From positions 45,880,001-45,944,000 of the forward strand of contig CM060734.1 in the NCBI GenBank assembly GCA_030704615.1: a DNA stretch of 64,000 bases, read 5' to 3'. The position numbers and the translations under genes were made by a program. Below the pieces are notes generated by a model, which saw nothing but the letters and a program-made list of their open reading frames with translations, had not been told where the DNA came from and did not search any database. The stretch is from Takakia lepidozioides (taxonomy: Eukaryota > Plantae > Bryophyta). Positions within the stretch are counted from its first letter, which is position 1. Each line of letters begins with the position of its first letter. This document shows positions 12,946 to 24,400 of the stretch, in pieces.

Positions 12946-14004
12946 AGCACAACATAAATGAATGTGACCCGGTTTTGGCTTCACCCCCTGCTGCTGTGCA
13001 TTTGCTCACAGGTCTCCAAAGCCTCCATCCCCCATAAACCATCCCCCATATCCCCCATATCAAATATTTCCTTTACATCCACAGTGCTCCCACATTCGAC
13101 ATACATATTAACGAGCCTCGCCGCGCGCGCAATCGCGAAGGGGAGAAAGACGACATCAATCCGGGGCCTGGAGTCCGGCGACGAGATGGGTTAAGCTCAA
13201 GAACCGCCCACCCGTGAGATGTGTTGCTAGTCTTGGCGGAGGGTCAGCGGTCGATGGAGGGAACTCCTCCCGCTATCTAAACTACTAGTGAAACGCGGGG
13301 TCCATCTCCCACGCTTGCAAGGCAAACTATTTGTATGACCTACGGAATCTACTCCTAACTAAATGTCTTCCGAGACTTTTTTTATTCGCGTTATCACGGC
13401 TTCACCCCGGAGCCTGTCAGTTTCTCGGGAGGTCCTCTCCGCTTGGAGTGACTGCTTCCGGAAGACTTTGCAAAGCGTTAAAGGCAAGCCGCTCAGGTCG
13501 GGGTTGCTTCACAAACACGCTTCCCCGGATTGCACGTGTGTGCAAAAGGGTCGCCTACGTTCCCGCTGTCCGGAGGGGAGAGCACACCCTAGCCTAGAAG
13601 AAAAGCTCATAACCGGACAATATCCCAATTTTCCATTAATTTCTAGGGCTCCTGGCTCTTTTCTAGAAATAGAGTTCAATAAAGAAAATGGATAAAATAC
13701 TATTCTAGGTAAGCTCTTCTAATTAGGAAATAGAAATAAATATTGTGGGCTGTCGCTCCCAGGTTTCTCTTATTAAAAAAAAAAACTAATTACTTAGGCT
13801 GGAAATTCACTAATTCTAGAAAAATATGCATTAGGTAGGAACTTATCTAAGCTTTCCAATGACCTAAGGCTTGGCCTCTAGATAATTCACTAACCCCTTC
13901 TCATTGCCCAAAAACCCTTCTCATGGTAAGGAAACCATAGGAAAATGGCCTTATAGGTCAAAACACCCCCCTAGGTCAAAAACACCCCCTAGCCCCTTAA
14001 TAAA

Positions 14005-17000
14005 ATGAAGGCGGACATGGATACCTGCAAGAAGAACCTCAAGAGCGCGTTTGACAAACACATTAGAATCGCTGACCCTGGACTGGGAAAGGGGTTTTTG
14101 GAGCAGGCTCGGATCCACTGGAACAAGCCCACTAAGCCAGAGATGACACAGGAAAAGCTCCACCGCCTTTCCATTTGCATGGTTGACCCTGCTCAGAATG
14201 TGAGGTGGCTGGAAATCTGGAACTCGGATCCAATCATCCGGGATACAAACAATTTCCCCAAACCAATGAAGGACGTTGAGACTGGGGTGGTGACACATGT
14301 GAGCGACCACGCATTCAACACTTGGTTGCACAAAGCGACCTTCTGGAGCCGGGTGAGACTCTATATACATTCGCACTAGTAAGCAATGAGTACATGGTTT
14401 CTTCTGTTGAATAACTCAAAATTTAGCGGATGGTTTTGCAGTTGGAGAAGCGGGCAATTGATACTTTTGAGAAATCACTACTGGACTACAAGATCACAAT
14501 GACCACTCCCCGCATCAAGTTCCAATCATACGTTCGGAAATGGAGAAGAGAACTCTAGAAGTATTTTTTTCCGTGAGTTCGAGAAGGATGGAGGCATTCT
14601 CCGCTCCCAGGACTTCGACCATCAGTATAACAGCGAGCAGGCAATGAAACGAGTTCTCTACATGTACTGACTACTATGGTGATGGTGTCATTGACGACAT
14701 CTTAAAAAAGACATTGTCTATAGTCCAGCAAGTAATTTTTCGACACTAAACCTAGAATTCCATGTATGAAGGGGGTCGATTTTAGGTGGCGTTGACGACA
14801 CCTTAAATGGTGCCATTTTGGCTCTTGGAAACGGGTTTGTTGAACATGTCTGTTTCGTGTTCTTCTGCAAGTCTTCATTTTTTGTTGACCTTCCTGCAGT
14901 TTAAGATATCGACATCTTAAAACAAGCATTCTTTTTAGTCCAACAAGCCATTTTCCGACACTGAACGTAAAATTCCATGTTGGGAGGGGGTTGATTTAAG
15001 GTGGTGTTGACGACACCTTAAATGGGTGCCCTTTGGGCTCTGGGAAACAGGTGGTATGAACATGTTTGCTTCGTGTTCTTCTGCAGCTCTTCATTTTTTG
15101 TTGAACTTCCTGCAGTTTAAGATATCGTCAACGACATCTTAATCTACAGTCTGAAAATCTGCAGAGCACACATAAGTACTTGTGGTGTGTTGGGGGATAT
15201 GCTCTGAGGAGGTTCACTTGTGTGGATGCAGGTACTTTCACTTCGTTCTTATCCAGAGAAGGCTCTCAGTGATGATCCGGACTTCATTCGTGGATGGGCG
15301 AACCCAGACGACGACACCACAATGTACACAGCGGGAATTGTGAAGGACTAGGGTCGGGCTCATTACCACGACTGCGGGTGGTACCTCGACTGCCTCGGCA
15401 ATCCAGTCCGTGGGAGGAGAACGTCTTGAGGAATCAGAATGAGAATGTAGATGCCTTGGCACCTCAGACAGATGAAGAGTTGCAGGCTAGGTTCCTTGCG
15501 CAGCTGAGGAAGAAGGAGCCAGCAAAAACGGCCACCCCCGCAGGTGGGAAGAAGAAAAATAAAGGGAAACGGACTACGAAGGCGGGTGGGTTTGTCGGTG
15601 CTGCGGCTAGTGTTGATGTTGGGCCAGGCCCTACAGGGACTGGTGGGGCAGTTCTTGATCGCCCACAGGCAGATGATCGCAATGTGCGTACAAAGGGCCA
15701 ACAAATTCCCTCCCAGGTGATGAAAGGACTACCCACAGGGCAAGGAAACGCCCTTGCAAAGCCCGCCTGTGTGTCTCCAGAGTAGTGGGTCCACACTTCC
15801 AGCGAAAAATGTCAAACGTCATCTTCCTGCATATGATGGAGTCCCGGAAGTCCACATTCACATGGGTCAAATCTCTTGCATGGGACCATCTCTGCTCTTT
15901 TCTCACCCTGGTAAGGCCCATGCATCTTTCAAGTTTGTTTCCCATTTCATGACATTGTGGGGTGTGCGGATGTGGTGGATTAAGATGTCGTCAACGCCAT
16001 CTTAATCCACCAGGTCTTTGCATTGCTAGTTCCCTGAATGAACACCAACAACCCAATTTGATTCATTTGCATTTGCTTTTGACAGGTGACCAAGAATCCA
16101 TGCTGGGTGAATGGTGTCCAGCAGCCCTACGCCACTGACCTTGTGATCCTTGACATCCTAGATGGGCAACATGTGCTTGATATTATTCCCCCTGCTGTGA
16201 CTCCAAAGTGGAATGCTCATAACCCTCTGTATTGGCAGTGGGCATTCTCTTTCTGCAACAAGTTCCTCTCTGACGCAGGGGGCCTCTGATATTTCAATCT
16301 GACGACATGGCATCCCACTGGATTCTTCATAGCTACATGAAGTTGTCGGGGTTCCAAATCAACAAAATATGGACATGTGTTAATACCCTGCCTCTATCGA
16401 AGGGGGAGTTTCCAGGGCAAAAGGTATTTCCTGTGACTTTCATTGTCTTCGGTCGTGTGGTCGTAGACTACCCATAGTTGCTGACACATTTCCCTTGGTG
16501 CTGGTGTAGACCCATGTGTTCAAGGCGATTTGCCTATCTTGAATTCGGCCTGCCAACACTCCGGATTATGTTGGGCATTTCAACATTTGGGAAGGAGGTC
16601 TGCACATAGACCCAGAATGCGACCCAGTGGAATCCGATGTTGTTCAGAACTATGTGGATGCGTCTCAGACTTTGAAAAAGGCTGGAGGCATTCCATGGAG
16701 AGGTGCCCGGGAGAAGTCGTCCGTATTCATGCAAACCTTCATTGAGATATGCAGCCGGCATGGTGGCAAAGTGGTTGACCTCTCCATGGGCACAGGTGCA
16801 TGCCGAAACACTTCTCAATTCTTAGTTGTACATGTTCCTCTCATGTTTTTGCTTGTGACATGGTTTCGTGCATGCATTCGGTACCCTGCAGGAGCTTCGT
16901 TCCATGCCTACAAGTGTGTAGGAAGACATCTTTTTGGGTTTGAGGGGGACGAGGAGCTTTACTCTCGGGTCATCGCTCCACTGTCTGAGGGATCCTCGCA

Positions 17001-17461
17001 TGAACGACCCAGACTGAGAAGATTGTGGAGGAGCAGGATCTGCAAGAGCCGGATGCTCTGGATGTGGATTCGGATTTTTCATGTGAGTAAGTGCATGTTC
17101 TATTGTGGCACCTCATAGACCCCAGGACGCATCCTTTTGGTGTTCTTTTTTGGTGCAGAAGTTTGGCATACAGAGTATTTATGAAGTTTACTCATTGTTG
17201 TGTGATTGCAGGAGTCCCAGGACGCCCCGGTTTCTACCGTTCTTTGCCAACCCGGATTTTTTCTCAAGTCCTCCAGCATATTTTCATTTGTCATCTTATG
17301 CGGAGGCTGCGGCTACGGAGTATAGTCCACTGGCATCTCCCCCTTCTCTGCTTCACGACAGACATGGTTTTCAGCAGAGCAGGGCTAGCGTCTTTGTAGA
17401 CAGTTCTGCCTTCATTTTGAACACTACCTCCTGTAGCAGTGGATCTTCTTTGTCCGAATGA
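14005..17461 (+). pseudogene. Spliced, degenerate gene with a C-terminal beta-class amino-DNA-methyltransferase-like (N6_N4_Mtase) domain; 5' end uncertain
   Basis: Exons about 16086-16423, 16510-16795 and 16892 onward give DLVILDILDG (motif IV position) ... FLSDAGGLLIF ... PWRGAREKSSVFMQTFIEICSRHGGKVVDLSMGTG|ASFHAYKCVGRHLFGFEGDEELY (motifs X-I-II). Frameshift near 16286 and in-frame TGA near 16540. Upstream exon-like segments at 14005-14378, about 14441-14665 and 15232-15716 are linked by inference only. Confidence 0.65.
14693..15143. repeat. Intronic tandem duplication (about 215-bp unit, 2 copies) carrying palindromic motifs
   Basis: GACATCTTAAAA...GTTGACGACACCTTAAATGG...CTTCCTGCAGTTTAAGATATCG occurs twice. 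Confidence 0.85.
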
Positions 17462-18099
17462 ATCATTTCTTTTGAAGGGTTTGCTTAAAAACCACGAGTT
17501 CACCTTTATGCCTTCTTTATAATTGCATGTGAGCCTCTTTCTCAACCTTGGATACCTGGGAAAATGACAAATAGTCCTTCTCAATCAACAACGCAATGTG
17601 GACTCATTGTTGGTAATATACACTGCACTTTCATAATTGATTTTCAAGCAAGACAAGCATAGTTTCATATATTTCGGAGCACATGGGATTGGGGAGCTAC
17701 CACTACAAACAACTATCTATTCTTTCATTTATTTCATTCATCCGCCTCTCATTCGTCGTACAGACATTCATCCGCCATTCATCCATCATTCATCCAAGCA
17801 ATATCCATAACCGAGCTTGTAATGCGTAGTAATAGGTCTTCTAAGTCGAGTAGGCGTCCGCGGTTATAGGTGGGCAGATCCTGAAGCATGAGCAGATTTC
17901 TCCTCGCGGAATTTTCTGCTCGCGGGATCTGCTCACATAATAGCTTCCCCCCCCCGGTCCCAACCTTGGACCGCTGGATTTTGGTGCGAGACCCGTCCCC
18001 CACGTTTCCCCCACGTTTTTTCAGTTGCTGCACAGCCCGACAGTCGCGCGGGCTTGGCACCGGTCAACAGCCCCTTCTCGTGGTTCGTGCTTAAGTATT

Positions 18100-19420
18100 T
18101 CACAATAGCCAAGGCTGGCTATTGCCTTGGGCATTATGGCTCATCATCATGGCCAAATTAATTCCATCAAGCCTGAAAATGAACAACCACATCCCCCATA
18201 ACATGCCAAAACCTTTGGGTTGTACTAACCCTTGTGGTTAGTCAAAAAATATATTAGCTTCTTCAAGAATAAGGTCCCTCAAGCTTTCTATGGGCTATCG
18301 GGCCTAAACTTAATAAGATTTGAAAATTGGGTTGGGTTGGTTTTTAGATTTCCATCGACATGGTAGCAGAAAAAATATACTTTGAAAAAAAGATTCCTCC
18401 TCCCTAACCTCTCTTGTTTCGTCTCTCCTTCATGGGGGGAATAGGGCCTAGTGGAGAGGACAAAGAAGTGATTGACCTAGTTGCTCTAGGCTCCACTTTT
18501 CAAATAACAAAACTAACACTTCTATTGACTTCATGCTTGGCTAACCCTTGCATGGTTAGTCTTGGAAGTCAAGGGTTAGTGGTTCATCAACTTTAACAAC
18601 ACAAAAGGGCCTAGTGGCCAACACAAAGAGAACCCACACCCATCGTAGAGCTACTCCACTGCATGGCTAGCACTCTAGGGTTAGATCTTTCCATTCTTAA
18701 AACAAAAAGCAAAACATAGAACAAAATGACAACTCATTGGGCCTCTTGGCTACTAAGGAGAGTTAGTCTTCATCTCTTTCCCGAGCTCCCACCACTCTCT
18801 TATTAGTAGGACCAAGCTAAGGTTAGTACAACGGACTTCCAACAACAAAACACAAAATAACAAAGCAAAACTTTGAACAATGATCAAGAAACCCTTTCTC
18901 CACTCTAGGGTGTCTTCACTTGGCTAAGAATACTACCAAAACCTAGGGGAATGGATAGAAGCTTACCTCTCCGATGGGGTTGTTGCTTTCTACCTCCTCT
19001 TCTCTCTGTAGGGGCTCGCCACTCTCTTAAGTTGAACCACACTCCTCTTTTTAGGGAAGATCTCTCATTTTCAAAGCATAAATGACATTTGGCCTACAAC
19101 TTAAGACCTATGGTATCCCTAGTCTTCCTAAGTTGCACTAGTTGCTTTCTCCAAGCTTGCCTAAAACATCTAGGCTAAGCTTTAAGCTCAGAAGCAAACT
19201 AGCTAGGACTTCACAAAACAAGTTGCATAAAGCAAAACCTTGCTCTCAAGCAAGCTCTTCTAAGCAACTAACTAACAAGAAACCTAGCAAGAAAAAACTA
19301 GAAGTGAAGTGGTGAGCAAGCTCACCTCCTAAGCTACTTCTAGAAAAACTAAAAAAAAAGATTAGATGGAATATCCAAAATCCTTGGATGAGAAACAATT
19401 TCAACACTTATTGGTTGGTA
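18100..19420 (-). mobile_element. Probable LTR-retrotransposon LTR/UTR fragment (CG/CHG-poor, strand-biased)
   Basis: Composition mirrors the reverse complement of 33014-34400 (rich in CTAG/AAGC/CCTA, few CG or CWG). No coding capacity; boundaries approximate. Confidence 0.35.
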
Positions 19421-19487
19421 GGTGTCATATTTCATCCAATCAGCTGTCCCAAGGCGCTCTTATCTCTTTTGGGCCCAAAAATCCACT

Positions 19488-20324
19488 TCAATTGAATTTT
19501 TTGTGACCACGGGCGCTCGAAAACTTCATAAATGATGATTTGTTGCAAATCCTCTCCAAAAATCTTGAAACTTGGCCACAAATTCCCTTGGGGTAGGCTT
19601 GAAATACCCACCAAACTTCAGGTCCATGTGATTTCACCATCAACCATGGAAAATCAACAAGTCGCAAAACGACGTGAAAACAAAGTTTTTCTCGCGTAAC
19701 ATATGTTTTGGTTGTGAACAAATCGACACTTGGGGCTGAAATTTCTTCCACATCATCTTGTATCATTTTTAACCACACACAAAAAAACCCTCCCCAAACA
19801 GCGCTTGATTCCGGCTTCGTTCTGTTCGCTGAAGGTACTTTGCACAACAAAATCCCAGTCAACCGCACTGCTGGATAAAATCTCTTTAGGATTTTTGATA
19901 GAAGACCAAAACATCTTGAAGCTTCTTGAATTGATTTTACACTTAAAAACTTGATTGTCCTCCTGCAAAAAAGAATACACTGCCGGTAGTTTGCTGCTTT
20001 TCGCACTGTAGTGTCTGTTTGAATGAATGAACCAAAACTCATGGGAACCCATGCTTGATCCCTATCAGTGACGTATTCGAGCATGAAAATAAAATCGTAA
20101 CCATGAGCATGTGTGCTCCACGCCTCCAGCGTCCTCATGAAATTGCATTGGAGCAACGTGAAAATTTCTACTTTCCACATTACGAGACTGTTGTCAACCG
20201 TGTCGTTTAAAGCATAGCCCATCGGGCGTTTTTTTCTTAAGGCCAAGCACTCCTTGCTTGCCTTTGCTTTGAATAGCAATCTGATGTCGAGGTGAGGAAC
20301 AGGAAGACCGTTGTCTGCAGTCAT
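19488..20324 (-). CDS. Hypothetical intronless 278-aa ORF, unknown function
   Basis: Long open frame with globular-protein-like composition; no motif recognised. Confidence 0.3.
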   Translation of the reverse strand: MTADNGLPVPHLDIRLLFKAKASKECLALRKKRPMGYALNDTVDNSLVMWKVEIFTLLQCNFMRTLEAWSTHAHGYDFIFMLEYVTDRDQAWVPMSFGSFIQTDTTVRKAANYRQCILFCRRTIKFLSVKSIQEASRCFGLLSKILKRFYPAVRLTGILLCKVPSANRTKPESSAVWGGFFCVWLKMIQDDVEEISAPSVDLFTTKTYVTREKLCFHVVLRLVDFPWLMVKSHGPEVWWVFQAYPKGICGQVSRFLERICNKSSFMKFSSARGHKKFN

Positions 20325-21475
20325 ATAATCGGCCCCTAGATGTTCGAACGGACAACTGGAAATCGCTTGCCTTCAACTACTGCTCCTTGTAGGTACCTAG
20401 TCTTATAAACTCCTGAGCGCTTTGGCTTCATGGACGTTGCAGACTCTTCCATTTGCGGGCTATACCAGTAGTTGTGTCAATGTTTCGTCGTTTCTGTAAC
20501 AAATGGTCCTGATTCTACACTGTCTACGTACAATTCGGCTCTCCTCGCTCAAAAACACTCTAAAAACAATCAGCACGTTTTTTAATGCCCCTACACATAG
20601 CAACAAGAATATTGTTCAGAATGACATCTGATATTATTCCAGCCTTGACGATGTCACCATGGACCTCTTTTCCCTTCATGAATATATAAACGGCTGAGCC
20701 CTAGAATACAACTTTCTGACAATGGTGCCCCTAAAAAACCGGCAACAGAAAACCCAGTGCCGGAGCGACCTACTGCAGCAAAAACATGAAATTATGAGGG
20801 TGGGAGCGAGATTGATGGAGAGTTGAAGAACGTTTGGCGTGGACTAAGAAGAAGTAGACAATGTGAAAGAAAGATGGGGTAGAGATGAGGGAGGAAATGA
20901 CGTTGTTGAAGGCCGTATGAAAAAACTAGGAAGTTGTCGAGCTTTAACCCTCCCGCATCGATTGCGCGCATGTCTCCAAAGCTCGTTGAGCTTCAACCCT
21001 CCCCGCATCGCTTGAGCACACGTGATCTCCAAAGCTTTCATCTCGGACCCTAGCTATGCACCTACAAATCATCCCACAACACAAACAAAGAAAAAACAAC
21101 CAAGTCCAAGACTCATCGCTCAGCACAACCCCGCAACCATAAATCCATTTTGAACTATTTTGAACTTTTTGAACCTTTTGAGCTTTTATTGGATAGTACA
21201 CTTTTTGTTACCCCAATGGTTGCGGGCTCAAATCCCGCTACGTCCTTTTTATACGTGGTACGATATGAATTTCACTTTATTGTAATGAGTACAATGTTAA
21301 CTTCTTTTATGAAGTGGTAGTAGCAATCGATAAAGGCAGGCCAAAATGAACTAATTAATGACCAAATTTAAATTATGTAATGCATGTTTGGCCATGTATC
21401 CGAGTCATATGAAACCTATTTGATGCCATGTTCGCATCATCAAACTCGAGTATATCGAGATGGAGATGGGAAGGA

Positions 21476-24400
21476 TCAGCGAGAAGAAGGATTAGAGCAC
21501 TGCTGCATTTTCACCAAATGAGCGTACGACCCATTTCTACGTTGCATTAGAGCCGTGTGGGTGCCTTGCTCTACAATGTGCCCCTTTTCAATAACTACGA
21601 TTGTGTTGGCGGACCTGACTGTGCACAGGCGGTGAGCGACGCCCACAGTGGTGCGTTTGCTGCCCATCACGAGGCGGTCCAGTGCCTCTTGCACTATGTG
21701 TTCTGACTCCGCATCAAGTGCACTTGTGGCTTCATCAAGCAACAAAATGGGGGGATTCTTGAGAATAGCTCGTGCAATGGCAATCCGTTGTTTCTGGCCG
21801 CCTGAGAGCTGCACGCCGCGTTCACCCACCTATGTGTGATCCCCAAACATCCGAACACACAGAATGAGAATCACTTACAACTTTAGACATTATAGCCCTA
21901 ACTTGGAAACTATGAAACTATGTGCATTTGCTGATTTGGCGGCGTCGATCATTTCGCTTTCTGATACTTGCTCATTCCCATAGATGATATTTTCACCGAT
22001 GCTTGTTGCAAAAAGTATTGGCTCCTGCTGGACAAGACCTATGTGCTTCCTCAACCATCTAAGGTTAAAGCTTTTCAAATCTCTCCTATCGATGGAGACA
22101 GTACCAAAGGAAGGATCATAAAACCTCTCTATAAGTGCAATTATTGACGACTTTCCAGAGCCGCTGACACCCACTAGGGCAACAGTTTTTCCAGGCTAAA
22201 CTGTCAGATTGAATTTTTGGAGAACCATCACCTTTGGCCTGGATGGATATCGGAAGTCGACATTTCGAAACTCAATACGACCTTCAATGTAGTCTAGCTT
22301 GTCAGAATACACACTATCTGGGTCCATCTCTGTGTTACGGTCGACGAGTGCAAACACAGCCTTCAGACCTTGCCCAACTCTCACCAAAGCAGGGATAAGG
22401 GTGACCAACTCAGTGAGAGAGACGGAGGTATTCATAAGCACGTAGAAAGCTCTAAAGCTGTGCAAGAAATCAGAGTAATTGCGTCTGATGGAAATTGCCA
22501 CGAACCAACAGCCTATCGCACCAGCAATATTTACAGCAAACACTGTAACAGCAAACATTGCCCCATTCCTCATACTTCCAATTTTGCTCTTGCGTAGGGG
22601 CTCTTCCAATTTGGCACTTAGAGTTGCAAGGATCCGATCCTCAGCGACATACGAGGCAACAGTGCGAATGTTGGTAACAGCTTCTGATGCCACTGTGATA
22701 GCTTCTTCCTGGGCATTTCTTTGCTCTTGGGCATACCCAATTGCTCTGGTCATCTACAATGACGAAACAAGATAATGTTAATAAGGGTTGTGTTGCTCCA
22801 TTGTTCGAAGGTGTTGATGATCCACTTAATATACATACACACAAGCTGTTTGATCGCCACATAAAACTTGTGTTGATAACTGGTCGCTGCATAACTGATC
22901 TCAAAAATGGATGATGGAAAATAATATTGCAGTTTATAGGTGAACCTGAGGAGGTATAGAGTATGAACTTAATCACATAATTCAAAGAAGATCCGGCAGG
23001 TAAATGCAGGGTTGACTGGACCAAAATGGACGTTACCGGCACAGTTTTAGATGACTGCAATTGATGGTGTCATCAATTGAATTTGAATTAACTCATTAAA
23101 ACCAGAAAATATATATGTCATTGGATTCCTAGCTTCAATACGCACCCACAGCACTTCTCCAATCATGAATCCGATAAGAAATGACTCTGCTATGGACTTT
23201 TGAATACCGTCATTGTGGACTATTACCACAGTGAATGGAATTACAATGGACTCAAGTTCTCATATGTGCCATTGGTGAATTCCACTGAAATTTGGATATA
23301 AGGTGGCCATTTTGGTCTACATCATAGGTATGGATTTAAAGTGGCAAAATCATTTGTCATTTGACTCATATGGACTAATATATGTAAAACAAAATAGACG
23401 TTTTTTGAAAAGTCGATAGCTCATCTTGTTTTTTGGATTTTGGGTGTCAATTTTTTTCTAGAGGTATAAAAACCTATAATCTTCAATGGCTAGGTGGCAT
23501 ATTGATTTTTTTTTTTTGTAAAATCTAATTTTTAGTTTTTCATGATTTCTTTAAATAAAAAAAATTAAGTATTTAATAAATTATATCTTTAATATTTGGG
23601 GTGGGACTCTTTACTAAATATGTTCAATATACCATTATCTATCACTAAAATATATATTTTGGATAGTATCCTTAACTTTTGTTTTTTTGGTCATGGACTT
23701 TCATGGCCGTTTTTGGTCCACTCAACCCTGCAACTGCCCCGACACAGTTCCCTCAGGTCTAAGGTTCATATATATAATCTTGTTCAAGAAGAATACGTAC
23801 CTGTCCAAAACCTCCAAGAAGATAAAGAGGCATTATGGCACAAGTGACTAGTGCGACTCGCCATGCTGTAATCAAACTGAGAGCAAGTGCAACAATTAAA
23901 GATGACATCTCTTGAATAATTGATGCGAGACGGTCGCTAAGGACTGTTTTGATGAGCGCCGCATCGGATGCCAGACGTGAGGTGATGGCAACAGTGGTGT
24001 TCTCGTCTCTATCAAACCACCCCACCTCATTGCGCGTAACCACTAGTCATGCATGTGTCACAGCCCAGTCAATATGAATGCGTACAGACATGAATCCCTT
24101 CAATATCTATATCTATTGACTCCAAGTTACATTGCAATGCAGAGAAACATTGTATAGGGAAACTCGATATTCTAGAGCTCTTGAAAAAAAACTTTACATG
24201 ACATGTACTCAAATGTGTCATGAAGTTCCGAAGTCTTACCTAAGAAAATCTTCTCACGCACACTCTTGGTAACTTTCTGGCCAATGATTCCCAAAAAATA
24301 GTGCTGCACTGTACTTGTTAATATGACTGCAATCCCAATACACACATAACCCAGCGAGAATTGGTTGACTATCTTGTTCATAGTTGTTGGTTTGGCATAT

